DNA of 64,000 nucleotides from an uncultured Clostridium sp. (GCA_948434985.1 CAOJFV010000002.1:17873-81872); one strand, 5' to 3'. Positions 9,100 to 20,465 are shown, counted from the stretch's first letter. Numbers and translations are program-made. The notes: generated by a model from the letters alone, not told the origin.

Positions 9100-10861
9100 T
9101 CATTCATTTTTTGTGTATCTTAAAGTAATAAAAACGTTAGAGCTAATATATTGGCTTCCTAAATGATAACGTATTTTTTTTGTTTGCGTATTAAACCAAC
9201 ATTGACATTTAGCATTAGCATTATAAAAAGTATTTAACTGAGTATATGTTCTTCCATTATCTGTAAATAAGTAACTATTTTTAAAATCAATCATTACAAT
9301 ATTGGCTGCTGGCAACATAAAATTAGCTTCTTTACTTGTACCATATATACTATCGGTTATAAAAGATTTAGAAATTCTATATATTTTATTTCCATCTAAA
9401 TATTCCCCTGTAAATACTTCTTTTTCTGACAATATATCTTTATTGTCTATACTATTTGTAATTGTATCTTCTGTTTTTGTATATCTTATTGTTAAAAATA
9501 CTTTAGTATTAACATCCTCTTTACCTTGTATATAATATATGCTTTTACTAGGTACATTAAACCAACATTGAATAGCTTTATTTTCGCTATAATATGTGTT
9601 AATTGAATTATACGTTTTATTTTGCTCATTATAGTAATAGCTATTGTCTAAATCTAAAAATACAGTTTCAACTTCTGGTAAAGTGATATTACTTTTCTCA
9701 GCGACACCTACCGCATCATTAGTAAGTAATTCTTTTGATATCATATATATTTTTTTTCCATCTTTATAATACATTCCTGTAAACTGTTCTGTATCTATTA
9801 AAGGTGTATTCAATCTTTCTTCTGTAGTTTTTGTATAGCTTATCGTCACATATGCGTCTGAATTTATGTATTGATTTCCTACCGAATACATTATATGATT
9901 TGTACTAGCATCAAACCACAAATTAAACCACGCATATCTATCTTCCAAATAATATGTATTTAGAGAAGCATATGTATGCCCATTATCTGTATATATATAA
10001 CTATTAGATAATTGAAAGCATATATTATCCACATTTTCTAGTGCTATATTTGTATCATACTCTCCTTCTGCTGAAGCAGTTCTAAACTTAAATGTTTGAT
10101 AATAAATTTTTCTTCCATCAACAAAATGAGTATCCATATATCCAATTATTGTATTAACTATTGTTTCATTTCCTGCTTTATCTGTTAATTTTACATCATA
10201 TGTTCCGAGGATTGTTTACTTCAAAATATGTTTTTTCTCCTACAATAATCCAATTTTCACTACTATGTAACTTATAGCTCAATATTCCACTTGTTACATT
10301 ACTATTATAAACAACATTTTTTATTGTAAGTCTCCAAAAATTTGATAGTTTATTTACTTCTACTTCAAATTCTGGTGCCTGTGTATTTGAATTTATATAT
10401 TCTATATTATGTCCCGTATAATTTGGTATATCTTTTAGTTTATAGTATTTTACCCCATCTATTTCAAATCCATTTAAACTTACTATTTCTCTTGTATCAT
10501 AATTTATTAATACTTCTTGGTTTATATTATCTAAATCTAGTTTTTTTAAATCTTCTTGATTAAAAAACCTAAATCCATCTTTACTTGTCTGTCCTAATGC
10601 TTCATTTACACGTGTATCCTCTAAGCTAGATATATCTTGTCCAATTGAATTATAATATTCTATTTTTTCACTACTTGCTTTTCTTTCTTCATAAATTACA
10701 TTTACTTTAGCTTGTATCATTTCAAGTTCAGATATAAATGCAGTTTTTTGTGAAGTATTAACAGATTCTAGTCCATTATATGTAACTACTCCTGTTATTA
10801 TAATCAATATCACAATGGTTATTACTAATGTTATTAGAGTAATTCCCTTTTGATTTTTCAA
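9100..10861 (-). CDS. Prepilin-type N-terminal domain protein with three ~115-aa C-terminal repeats; frame interrupted at an in-frame CGG
   Basis: N-terminus MKNQKGITLITLVITIVILIIITG looks like a pilin/pseudopilin leader. It is followed by three tandem repeats (...NSYIYTDNGHTYASLNTYY...RYTK...). ORFs 10196..10861 and 9100..10137 join when the C of CCT CGG AAC (plus 10205-10207) is skipped: ...VNNPGTYDVKLTDKAGNETIV... Confidence 0.6.
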
Positions 10862-10901
10862 ATATTTTTCACCTTCTTCTTTTGCAATATGATTTTTAAA
10901 T

Positions 10902-11987
10902 TTATATCATTAGATTGTCAAATACAAATTGTTCTTGCATTCTTTTTAATGATTGTTTAATTGTACGTGCTCTTACTTCTCCAATTCCATCTACATCATC
11001 AAGTTCTGGTATATCTGCTGATATTATATGTTGTAGAGATTTAAATTTCTTTATTAAGTTTTCAACAATGTTATTTGGCATTCTTGGTATTTTATCTAAT
11101 ATCCTATATCCTTTTGTATATACCCCAACTTCTTCATAATTATCAAATATTTCATATCCTAGTAATTTTGCTATTATTTGAGAATTCATTAAATCTTCAT
11201 ATTCTAAATTCATTACTTCCTTTAATATTTTTTCTGGCGTACGTTTTCTTGATGGTACTATATAATCCTTTATTATTAATAGTTCTTCTTTTTCAAGTCC
11301 ACCTATTAATTCTTCTAATTGCATCTGTACAAGTCTTCCTTCTTCTCCTAATTCACTTATATCTCTTTGGACTTCTGCTACCATTTTCATAACCATTTCT
11401 GCTCTTTGAATTGCTGTTATTACATTATCTAATGTAACTATATCATTAAATTCGTATTCGTTTAAAACACTTAATTTACCATCAAATACCTTTTTATATT
11501 TTTCAACCGTTTGTAATGCTTGGTTTGCTTTTGTAAGAATTTTTGATGTATCTTCTATTACATATCTAAAATCACCCTTAAAGACTGTAATGATATTTCT
11601 TCTTTGCGAAATACTTATAACAAGTTCACTAGTTTGTTTTGCTGTACGTTCGGCTGTTCTATGTCTTGTACCTGTTTCTTTTGTTACAATTCCTGCATTT
11701 GGTATTAATTGTGCATTTGCAAACAAAATTCTCTTTAGGTCTTTACTAAGAATTATTGCTCCATCCATTTTTGCAAGCTCGTATAGTCTTGAAGATGTAT
11801 AATCTTCATTAATATTAAAGCCTCCATCTACTATATCTAATACTTCTTTTGAATCTCCAATTACTATTAATGCACCAGTTTTTGCTTTTAGTATACTCTC
11901 TAATCCTTCCCTTATATCTGTTCCAGGTGCGATTAGCTTTAATATTTCTATAGTATCTACATCTTTGTCTAGTCTCACTTGCAACAC
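10902..11987 (-). CDS. disA: DNA integrity scanning protein DisA (diadenylate cyclase)
   Basis: 361 aa. DAC domain (APGTDIREGLESILKAKTGALIV, RHRTAERTAKQ) and C-terminal HhH. Confidence 0.9.
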   Translation of the reverse strand: MLQVRLDKDVDTIEILKLIAPGTDIREGLESILKAKTGALIVIGDSKEVLDIVDGGFNINEDYTSSRLYELAKMDGAIILSKDLKRILFANAQLIPNAGIVTKETGTRHRTAERTAKQTSELVISISQRRNIITVFKGDFRYVIEDTSKILTKANQALQTVEKYKKVFDGKLSVLNEYEFNDIVTLDNVITAIQRAEMVMKMVAEVQRDISELGEEGRLVQMQLEELIGGLEKEELLIIKDYIVPSRKRTPEKILKEVMNLEYEDLMNSQIIAKLLGYEIFDNYEEVGVYTKGYRILDKIPRMPNNIVENLIKKFKSLQHIISADIPELDDVDGIGEVRARTIKQSLKRMQEQFVFDNLMI

Positions 11988-11997
11988 CCTTTCTATT

Positions 11998-13357
11998 TTA
12001 TTTTAAGCCCACTTTCCTCATAGCATCATTTATATCAGTTACGCCTATTATATCTAATTTGTAGTTTTCTTTCAATAGTTTTTTGTTACTTTCTGGAATT
12101 ATGCAACATTTAAACCCTAATTTTTCAGCTTCTTTTATTCTTTTTTCGATTAAATTAACACTTCTTATTTCTCCTGTTAAACCAACTTCTCCAATTGCAA
12201 CATATCCATTTGGTATTGGCTTATTTTTATAACTTGATGCTGCTGAAAGTACTACTGCTAAATCTATTGCTGGTTCATTTAGTTTTATTCCTCCAACTAC
12301 ATTTATATATACATCTTGGTTTCCAAGTGGTAATCCTACTTTCTTTTCTAATACTGCAATTAACACTGTTAACCTGTTATAATCCATTCCATTTGCTGTT
12401 CTTCTTGGCATACCAAATACACTCCCGAGTTGTTAAACTTTGTATTTCTATTAATAATGGTCTCGTTCCTTCCATTGTTGCAACAATAATTGAACCTGAA
12501 GGATTATCTTCTCTTTCAGAAATTAGAATAGAAGATGGATTAGTAATTTCTACCATTCCTTTATCTTGCATTTCAAACATTCCAATTTCGTTTGTTGAAC
12601 CAAATCTATTTTTTACTCCTCTTAATATTCTATATGAAAAATATCTTTCTCCTTCTAAATATAAAACTGTATCTACCATATGTTCTAGAACTCTTGGACC
12701 TGCAATATTTCCATCCTTAGTAACATGTCCTATAATTATTGTAGTAACCCCTTTTTCTTTACAAATCCTCATTATTTTAGCAGTTATTTCTCGAACTTGA
12801 CTAACACTTCCTGGTGCAGATGTAATTTCATCTGAATACATAGTTTGAATTGAATCTATTATTACTAGTTTTGGATTTATTTTTAAAATTGCTTCTTCTA
12901 TTAAACTAATATCTGTTTCTCCTAAGAATAGAATATCTTTATTATTTATTCCAAGCCTATCTGCTCTTATTTTTATTTGTTCTGCTGACTCTTCTCCTGA
13001 AACATATAATACACTACCTTCTCCTTTTATTTTGTCACAAATTTGTAGAATTAGAGTAGATTTTCCAATTCCAGGTTCTCCTCCAAGCAAAACTAATGAT
13101 CCATTAACAATTCCTCCACCTAAAACTCTATCAAGTTCCAAAAAACCAGTAGAATTTCTTATAACATCTTTTCCTTCTAATTCATTTAAAACAGTTGGTA
13201 TTACATCTTTTTTCTTTTCATATTTTGTTCCAGTAGATTTTACAAGTTTTTCTTCATAAAAACTATTCCATTCATTACACCCTGGACACTTTCCCATCCA
13301 TTTTGGTGATTCATATCCACAATTACTACATACAAATACAGTTTTATCCTTAGCCAT
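11998..13357 (-). CDS. radA: DNA repair protein RadA/Sms; frame interrupted at an in-frame CGG
   Basis: Zinc ribbon CSNCGYESPKWMGKCPGCNEW, Walker A GGEPGIGKST, and Lon-like C-terminus in a second ORF. ACT CGG GAG (plus 12425-12427): skipping the C gives ...IEIQSLTTGSVFGMPRRTANGMDYNR..., the conserved RadA sequence. Confidence 0.9.
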
Positions 13358-13514
13358 TAAACTTCTCCTTTACTACTATTACAATTTATATAGAATAAAA
13401 TTTTTTATTAACATTATAATATATTTAGAAAATAGGAAGCCACAAAATGTGGTTGCCAAATGTTAAATTATTTTAAGCCCATTTTCCACTGGTATGCAGA
13501 AATGGGCTGTTTTT

Positions 13515-13631
13515 TTATTCTTTGCACATCATTATAACTATTGCAATAATTAAGGCAACTGTAATGATAGTCATTGCACCAAGTGCAATTAGAAGTAATA
13601 TTATTAATTGAAATAATGCTTGTTCTATCAT
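13515..13631 (-). CDS. Hypothetical 38-aa hydrophobic peptide
   Basis: MIEQALFQLIILLLIALGAMTIITVALIIAIVIMMCKE. Lies between 12-bp inverted repeats atgtggttgcca/tggcaaccacat. Weak RBS. Low confidence. Confidence 0.2.
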   Translation of the reverse strand: MIEQALFQLIILLLIALGAMTIITVALIIAIVIMMCKE

Positions 13632-13798
13632 ACACGCCATCTCTTATCATATGTATAAAAGATGGCAACCACATTCTGCTCTTTTTAATTTCAAAATGAT
13701 TATATAAGTTGTAATACAAAATGTCAATAGATTTCAAAAAATACACAAACATTTTTTCGCAAGCAGTTATAGATAAAATTTCAAAACTGGAAGAACCA

Positions 13799-14293
13799 TT
13801 AAAGGCTCTTCCAGTTTTGAAAATGAGACATTATTTCTGTAAACAGGTAAATAAGAAAGCAAATCATATTGAAAATAGATTTTTCACACGCTACTACAAC
13901 TATAGTAATCTCGCCTATCCATAACGTATCAGTAATAAACCTTACAATAGTTAAATTATCGTTTATTGTATAATATATTCTTCCACCTTCCATTCTAAAT
14001 TTCATTGTTATTTTTATAAAGGGATTACTATCTAAATATAAAATAACTTTAGATCTTTTGCTTTCACAAACATAATCCTTTATATCTATTTGGCTTACTT
14101 TCTCTTGAATTTCGGCTTCATATTTTCTAAAGTTAATGTTTGTTCTATATAAAAACAAAAGTACAAACAATAAATCTATGATTACTATTATTATTCTTCT
14201 TATTCTGTTTTTATATTTTGTCATATACTGCATACAACATTTTTGTCTTTCCTCCCATGTTCTTCTTACTTTAGTTCCTTTTCTCCGTCTCAT
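13799..14293 (-). CDS. Hypothetical membrane-anchored protein
   Basis: Strong RBS AAGGAGG 7 nt before the ATG. Basic N-terminus MRRRKG (the third codon is an in-frame CGG read as Arg), then a TM helix. Confidence 0.5.
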   Translation of the reverse strand: MRRRKGTKVRRTWEERQKCCMQYMTKYKNRIRRIIIVIIDLLFVLLFLYRTNINFRKYEAEIQEKVSQIDIKDYVCESKRSKVILYLDSNPFIKITMKFRMEGGRIYYTINDNLTIVRFITDTLWIGEITIVVVACEKSIFNMICFLIYLFTEIMSHFQNWKSL

Positions 14294-14419
14294 AATTTTC
14301 CTCCTTAAATTTTAGTTAAAATCAAACTACATACTACTTTATTGTAAAACTGTATATATTATAATATGCTCTTAAAATTATGTCAATTTAATTTGTATTA
14401 AATTATAGCTATTTATATC

Positions 14420-16375
14420 TTATTTTTCCATTAATTTCTCTAACACTAAAATAAACATCGCATGGCTCCAACCAAGTCCTATTACCCAGTTTGCTTCCAT
14501 AGTATTATTATCTACTTGTTCTGCTAAAAAGCCATGTTTTGTACTAGAGTTTACTACAAAATTAAAGCATTCTTTTGCTTCTTTGAATTTTTTAACTTCT
14601 ATGTAGTATAATGCCATCCAAAGTGTTGCAATTACCCAAGGATTACCATCTCTATAATGGTCATCTTCAAATCTTTTATATCCTCCTGTATAAGTACGTA
14701 AAGTTAAATTTATTTTTTCTACAGTATTTAAAACTTTCTTTTCTTTGCTTGTGAACATATTAAATGGAATAATTGCGCCTAATATGCTTATATCCATCAA
14801 TTTATCTTCTATATTTCTCACAAAAGTTTTTGAAGTTTCATCATATAAATTTGCAAGTACATATTTTTTCATTATTTCTAATTGTTTTTGGATTATTCTT
14901 TTATGTCTTATTATACTTTCTTGTTTTAGTCTAATTCCCGCACCATTAGTATCTTTTTCCACTACTTCATATATTTTAAGCATAGCCTCGTACGCTGCAT
15001 ATATACTTGCTATCGAATAAAAACTTACTCCTTCGTGCATTTCCCATAAATCGTAACTAACTGGTATTTTTTCTATTTTATCTTTATAGTCTTCTTCTAG
15101 TTCTTTTTTTACAAGATCCTCTTCTTCATGTATATCCATAACTTGTGCAATATATTTTTCTAAAAAATGCACTGCTTTTTCACACATCTTGAAGGTATCT
15201 TTTAAAAACTTTTCATTTTTTGTTTTTTCATAATGATTATATACTCCATAAACAACACTTGCTGTTTCATCTATTTGATATCCCCAGCAAGGTGCTAATC
15301 TTCCATCTGTATAAAAACGTTGTTCCCACATTCCCGATTTACTTTGTGTATTTTTACAGAAATTTTTGTAAAATTTCTCTGTTTCTTTTTCCATATTTAA
15401 AATATCTAATGCCTTTGTAATAAATACAGCATCTCTTGGCCAACAATAAGAATATCTACCACAAGTAGTTAAATCTTCATCTATTTCTACACTTGCTGAA
15501 ATTCCACCTGTTGTATCATTTGCAAGAAGTGGATATAGTAATATTGTTCTTGCATATATGTTCTTTATTTTTCTTTCCCCTTCTGTTTTATCTTTTAGTT
15601 CTATTGTAGTATGATCCTTTACATATCTATTCCAATATTTTTTTGTATTTGTAAGCTCTTTATCAAAATCAATTTTCCTTATCTTTTCTACTTCATTTTC
15701 AATTTCGTCCATTTTATAATTTTCGTTATTTTCATTTATCCATATAAATATTTCAAGTGTCTTTTCTTCGTTTGGTTTTATAACCCCAATATCAAAGCTA
15801 ATACTTGAATCATGTGACATTCCTATATAATCTTTATCTCCAATCACACCTGAATGAATGTTACTATCTGTATCATTTATTTGATAACTATATAATTTAG
15901 TTTTTTTAGAAGCTATTGCAACTGAATAATCATGTGCATATTGAATCATTCCTTGTTTTATAACTTTTGCACTTACAAAGTTATTTGCGTCTGAAAGTAG
16001 TTTTGAATGTAATAAAAATTTAACATCTAAATCAATATTATTTTCATTAATAAATTTATATCTTTTAACCAATACATTCTCTTTAATTGGAATAAAATCC
16101 AATTGTTTAATTTTTAAATTAAAATATGTATTTTTAATTTCTGTATTTAATATGTTAGTATTTTCAGTATAATATTGATTATATTGATTATTAATATCGT
16201 CATGTAAATTTACAAGGCCTGAGTCGTTTATTTTAAGTCCTACATACATATAATCAATAAATTGTCTATAATCTGGTGATTTATAATATAGCCTTAATAA
16301 TTCACCATTTTTAGTGAAACTTGCTACCATTTGTTTATTTCCTATTATTGCATCATTATAATACTTTGTTTTCAT
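14420..16375 (-). CDS. Glycoside hydrolase family 15 (glucoamylase/glucodextranase-like)
   Basis: 651 aa with an N-terminal beta-sandwich and a C-terminal (alpha/alpha)6 region containing CWPRDA, typical of GH15. Confidence 0.75.
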   Translation of the reverse strand: MKTKYYNDAIIGNKQMVASFTKNGELLRLYYKSPDYRQFIDYMYVGLKINDSGLVNLHDDINNQYNQYYTENTNILNTEIKNTYFNLKIKQLDFIPIKENVLVKRYKFINENNIDLDVKFLLHSKLLSDANNFVSAKVIKQGMIQYAHDYSVAIASKKTKLYSYQINDTDSNIHSGVIGDKDYIGMSHDSSISFDIGVIKPNEEKTLEIFIWINENNENYKMDEIENEVEKIRKIDFDKELTNTKKYWNRYVKDHTTIELKDKTEGERKIKNIYARTILLYPLLANDTTGGISASVEIDEDLTTCGRYSYCWPRDAVFITKALDILNMEKETEKFYKNFCKNTQSKSGMWEQRFYTDGRLAPCWGYQIDETASVVYGVYNHYEKTKNEKFLKDTFKMCEKAVHFLEKYIAQVMDIHEEEDLVKKELEEDYKDKIEKIPVSYDLWEMHEGVSFYSIASIYAAYEAMLKIYEVVEKDTNGAGIRLKQESIIRHKRIIQKQLEIMKKYVLANLYDETSKTFVRNIEDKLMDISILGAIIPFNMFTSKEKKVLNTVEKINLTLRTYTGGYKRFEDDHYRDGNPWVIATLWMALYYIEVKKFKEAKECFNFVVNSSTKHGFLAEQVDNNTMEANWVIGLGWSHAMFILVLEKLMEK

Positions 16376-16429
16376 TTCATTTTCTCCTTTTGTATTGACT
16401 TTTATTGGTTTTTATGTTACAATTGTTTT

Positions 16430-16738
16430 ATGAATTTTGTTAGTTCATAGGAATGCACAGCAATAGTATGCTTTTATAGATGCTGTTTGTAAATTCGGTA
16501 AAACTACTAAAACTGCCGTTTCCTTGTGCAAAAACTAAATATCAAAAAGATAGAAAGTTACAATTGTATATGGAACCATTAGTAGATTCTTTTGAAGAAT
16601 CTTATCTCTTACTTTTGGAAAGGTGGAATGCCAACTTTTTGTAACTAAAAATTAAATATGAATATGCGATTTTTTTGCCCAAAATAATGTACTACCTTTC
16701 TATCTTTTCCCCAATCTTTTAAAAGGTTGGGGTTTTTT
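16430..16738 (+). ncRNA. Candidate sRNA A: own sigma-A promoter and intrinsic terminator
   Basis: TTGACT (16395-16400), 17-nt spacer, TACAAT (16418-16423). Terminator ccccaa..ttgggg + TTTTTT at 16709-16738. No conserved ORF. Paralogous to element B. Confidence 0.4.
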
Positions 16739-16867
16739 ACTCTCTTATAATACAATCTGTACTTTTTATACATATTAACTTTTCTATTTATTTCATTATG
16801 TTTTCACTTCTAGATATTTCTTACTCTTTATGTTGACTTCGCATTAATCTTATGTTATAATACTAAT

Positions 16868-17088
16868 ATGAATTGTTCATAGGATTGTGCAGAAGTATAG
16901 AATAACATACTTTAAAGTTGGTGATTAACATTTAAAACCTCATCATTTCCTTGCGCAAAAACTGAATAAAATAAATAGAAAGTAAAATTTAATATGGAAC
17001 TGGTTATATCATTTTGACTTAGAACCTATCAAAATTTTGTCAACAACTTTCTATTTTCCCCCGCTTCCAAGAAGCAGGGTTTTTTTAT
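16868..17088 (+). ncRNA. Candidate sRNA B, a paralogue of A
   Basis: TTGACT (16833-16838), 17-nt spacer, TATAAT (16856-16861). Terminator cccgcttc-caa-gaagc(a)ggg + TTTTTTT at about 17059-17087. Shares blocks gttcatagga.tg..cag and ttccttgYgcaaaaact.aata..atagaaagt with A. Confidence 0.4.
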
Positions 17089-17089
17089 T

Positions 17090-18736
17090 TTATCCCTCTA
17101 AGATTCTTACTATTTGTGCTTCTAATTCTTTTATTTTTTCATTTATAGAAGCTACTTCTACATCTTTTGCTTTTTCTGTAATTATTTCTTCTTTTATAAT
17201 TTCTGTCATATCTTTTACTTCATCTTTTAATTTTTGCATTCTTTCTAGAACTTCTAGTCTTACTGGTTTATATCTTGTTGGAAGTTCTACTTTGTTTGTT
17301 ATTTTTATTTCATCATTTAATTCATAAGTTTCTCCAAAATCTGGTATTGTTACTGGTATTCCTATTGTTTCTAATATTTTTTCTTTTAATACATTTTGGG
17401 ATTCTTCTTCACCATGTACTAAAAAGATATGTTTTGGTTTTTTTATAAAGGAATATATAAAATTTAATAACCATTCTTGGTCTGCATGTCCAGAATATCC
17501 TTCAATATATTCAATTCTAGCATTTACAGATATCTCTTCTCCAAATATTTTTACCTTTTTTTCTCCATTTACAAGTTTACTTCCCAAAGTGCCAGGCGCT
17601 TGATAACCAACAAATAATATTGTACTATTTGGATTCCATAGATTATGTTTTAAATGATGTTTTATACGTCCAACTTCACACATTCCGCTTGCAGATATAA
17701 TTATTGAAGATTTATTAATTTCGTTTAATTCTTTTGACTCTTCTGCTGTTTTTGTAAACTGTAATCCCGGAAATTCTAGTGGATTATCTCCTTTTTCCAT
17801 TTCTTTTTTTACATCATCATCAAATAAGTCCATATTTTCTCTAAATATCTCAGTAGCAGATATTGCAAGAGGACTATCTACAAAAACTGGTACACTCATT
17901 AATGTCTTATATTTTTTTATAAATTCTTCATCATCTGTATTTTCTTTTAATTTGTTTAACTCATATACTATTTCTTGAGTTCTACCTACTGCAAATGAAG
18001 GAATTACTACTGTTCCACCCTTATCTAATGTTTCAGATACTATATTTAAAAACATTTCTGCTTTATCATCATTTCTCATATGTAATCTACTTCCATATGT
18101 AGATTCCATTACTAAGTAATCTGCTGATTCAATCATTGTAGGTGATGCTAACAGTGGAATATCATTATTTCCTAAATCTCCTGTAAATACTGCTTTTTCT
18201 GTTTTTCCATTTTCAGTTGCCCATACTTCTATAATACTAGAACCAAGCATATGACCTGCATCATTAAACCTTACTTTTATGTTTTCATCTATTTCAATTA
18301 TTTCATCGTATTTTACACCTCTAAATAGTTCTAATGATTTAGTTGCCTCTTCAGCTGTATATAATGGTAGTAGTTCTTTTTTTCCTTCTCTTTTTCTTTT
18401 CTTATTTTTCCATTCTATTTCCATTTCTTGAATATGTCCACTATCTGGTAGCATAATAGTACAAAGATCACAAGTTGCCTTTGTTGCATATATTGGATTT
18501 TTATATCCCTCATTGTATAATTTTGGTATTCTTCCTGAATGGTCTATATGTGCATGAGTTAATAGCATAAAATCAATACTTGATGCATCAAATAAAAATG
18601 GGTCTTCATTTTCTTTTTCCTCTGTAGCTTTTCCTTGATACATTCCACAGTCTACTAAGAATTTTTTGCCTACTGCTTCTACTAAGAAATTTGAACCTGT
18701 TACAGTTTTTGCTGCTCCTAAGAATGTTATTTTCAT
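17090..18736 (-). CDS. rnj: Ribonuclease J (metallo-beta-lactamase/beta-CASP)
   Basis: 548 aa. HAHIDHSG motif, beta-CASP and C-terminal domains. Confidence 0.9.
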   Translation of the reverse strand: MKITFLGAAKTVTGSNFLVEAVGKKFLVDCGMYQGKATEEKENEDPFLFDASSIDFMLLTHAHIDHSGRIPKLYNEGYKNPIYATKATCDLCTIMLPDSGHIQEMEIEWKNKKRKREGKKELLPLYTAEEATKSLELFRGVKYDEIIEIDENIKVRFNDAGHMLGSSIIEVWATENGKTEKAVFTGDLGNNDIPLLASPTMIESADYLVMESTYGSRLHMRNDDKAEMFLNIVSETLDKGGTVVIPSFAVGRTQEIVYELNKLKENTDDEEFIKKYKTLMSVPVFVDSPLAISATEIFRENMDLFDDDVKKEMEKGDNPLEFPGLQFTKTAEESKELNEINKSSIIISASGMCEVGRIKHHLKHNLWNPNSTILFVGYQAPGTLGSKLVNGEKKVKIFGEEISVNARIEYIEGYSGHADQEWLLNFIYSFIKKPKHIFLVHGEEESQNVLKEKILETIGIPVTIPDFGETYELNDEIKITNKVELPTRYKPVRLEVLERMQKLKDEVKDMTEIIKEEIITEKAKDVEVASINEKIKELEAQIVRILEG

Positions 18737-18751
18737 ACTAATCCTTCCTTT

Positions 18752-20383
18752 CTAATTATTTTTAAACACTTTTGTAATCTTTTCAAATTTCATTATAACT
18801 TTTTGCTTATCAAACATTGATATATTAATACTTTTTTCAAAAACGTCTCCATCATATATATTTACTTCTAAACTTGCTGCATTTTGTTTTAGCTCAACTC
18901 CTACATTTTCTAAAGAAATAATTTTTGTTTTTAAAATATTCATTATAATTTCATTGTTTGCATCTTCCTCATTGGTTATAGTGTTAAGCACTTTTAAATC
19001 ATATGCTTTTTTTATTATAACCTTCTCTAAACTTTCTAGTTCTTCTTTTAACTCTTTTAAATCTTTTATTTGTTCTATTTCTGTAATATAAATTAAATTA
19101 TAATATCTTAGCATATATAGTAAATTTACTATTTCTTCTTTCTCTTTTGCATTTTCTATTTTTATATAAAAACATTTTATAAATGCTTTCTGTAAATCTA
19201 TTAAATATTTAAATTTGTTTTCTTCTTGATTATTCTTTCCTATATCTTTTAATAATTCTAATTGTTTTTCTAAATTTTCCGTTATTTGTACATAATATTT
19301 TGGCTCTAACAATTTATTATTTTCTTCTATCACTTTAAGTTCTTTGTTTCTTTCTTTACTTAAAATTTCTGTTAAATGACTTATACTAAAAATTTTGTTG
19401 TACTCTGCTCTTTTTTCATTTCTTTTCTCATATTCTTCTTCTAATAATTTTTTATCATTTAATATATTATCTATTTTCTTTATTTTTTTTAATGCTTCTT
19501 TTTTTATAGCAGATATTTCATCTAATAGTTTAAATTTATCTTTTAATCTTCCCAATTCTTTTTCTAAAATTTCTTTTTCATCTAACAAACGTTTTTTCTC
19601 TGCTTCATTTTTCTCAGTACAAATAATGATTGAAATTTTATAAATTTGATTTAGTATTTCCTTTGTATTTTTTTCAGTATAAAACTCCATTAATTTCTCT
19701 TCAGTTAATTTTATATAATCAACCACTTCTTCTGTATGCACTAAGTTTTTTATAAAATCAATTCCCAAAAGATAAACTAAATTTTGATAAATAAGATTTG
19801 TAGTAATTTCTGGAATTTCTCTATTTAAAGTATTCCAATTCCATCCATTAAAATCACGTAATACTTCTATACTATTAATATTTTCTCCTGCATTTAAAAG
19901 ACTTGATAAAGCATTTCTAATTAGATTATATTTTTCATCTAAAAATATTTGTTTATTATCAATTTTGTAAAGTGTATATAAAAGTAAGCTTTCATTTGGA
20001 TACATTAAATAAATTGTATTTTCTAAATGATTTACAAAAAACTTTCTTTTTTCTTCTTCTAATTCTTTTGCTTCATTCGAACCTTCTTCTACAATAATAA
20101 TTTTTTCACATTTTTCTTTAATAATTCTTAAAATGTCTTCAATATAAGTTTTCTTATCCTGAACAATTCTTTTAACTGTTGTATAGTCTTTATAGCCATT
20201 TTCAATCTTATATAACATAGAAAGAAGAAGATTTTTTACATTTACAGAAAAATCCTTATTTTCAAGTATTGTTTCTAGTTGATTATTATAATCTCTAGAA
20301 TTTAATTTTGAAAATAATTTTTCTGTATCCATAACCCTCTTCTCCTTTCCAAAAGCTAAGCTCTTATACTCTTTACTTTTCAC
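18752..20383 (-). CDS. Hypothetical coiled-coil-rich protein, co-oriented upstream of rnj
   Basis: 543 aa, K/E-rich with long predicted coiled coils; no recognisable catalytic motif. Confidence 0.45.
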   Translation of the reverse strand: MKSKEYKSLAFGKEKRVMDTEKLFSKLNSRDYNNQLETILENKDFSVNVKNLLLSMLYKIENGYKDYTTVKRIVQDKKTYIEDILRIIKEKCEKIIIVEEGSNEAKELEEEKRKFFVNHLENTIYLMYPNESLLLYTLYKIDNKQIFLDEKYNLIRNALSSLLNAGENINSIEVLRDFNGWNWNTLNREIPEITTNLIYQNLVYLLGIDFIKNLVHTEEVVDYIKLTEEKLMEFYTEKNTKEILNQIYKISIIICTEKNEAEKKRLLDEKEILEKELGRLKDKFKLLDEISAIKKEALKKIKKIDNILNDKKLLEEEYEKRNEKRAEYNKIFSISHLTEILSKERNKELKVIEENNKLLEPKYYVQITENLEKQLELLKDIGKNNQEENKFKYLIDLQKAFIKCFYIKIENAKEKEEIVNLLYMLRYYNLIYITEIEQIKDLKELKEELESLEKVIIKKAYDLKVLNTITNEEDANNEIIMNILKTKIISLENVGVELKQNAASLEVNIYDGDVFEKSINISMFDKQKVIMKFEKITKVFKNN

Positions 20384-20465
20384 TTTTTTAAGTCTACCAC
20401 CATATAGTATACTATATGGTAAATAGCAATCCTTACTAAATTTGCGTTAATTTGTTTTTTATAAA

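Noticed and set aside
13468-13752. 94-aa ORF between radA and the next gene
   Set aside because: Tyr/Asn/Cys-rich junk-like composition, no RBS, and it overlaps a hairpin terminator. Treated as spurious. A 38-aa hydrophobic ORF in another frame is reported at low confidence instead.
16430-17088. Tandem elements as T-box leaders, SRP RNA, 6S, tmRNA or c-di-GMP riboswitches
   Set aside because: No T-box (AGGGTGGNACCGCG), SRP domain IV (GGAAGCAGCCAAGG), tmRNA tag-peptide or CCA end, or GEMM GCAAACC/GACGCAAAGCC motif could be found by eye. No downstream same-strand gene exists to be regulated. They are kept as unclassified candidate sRNAs.
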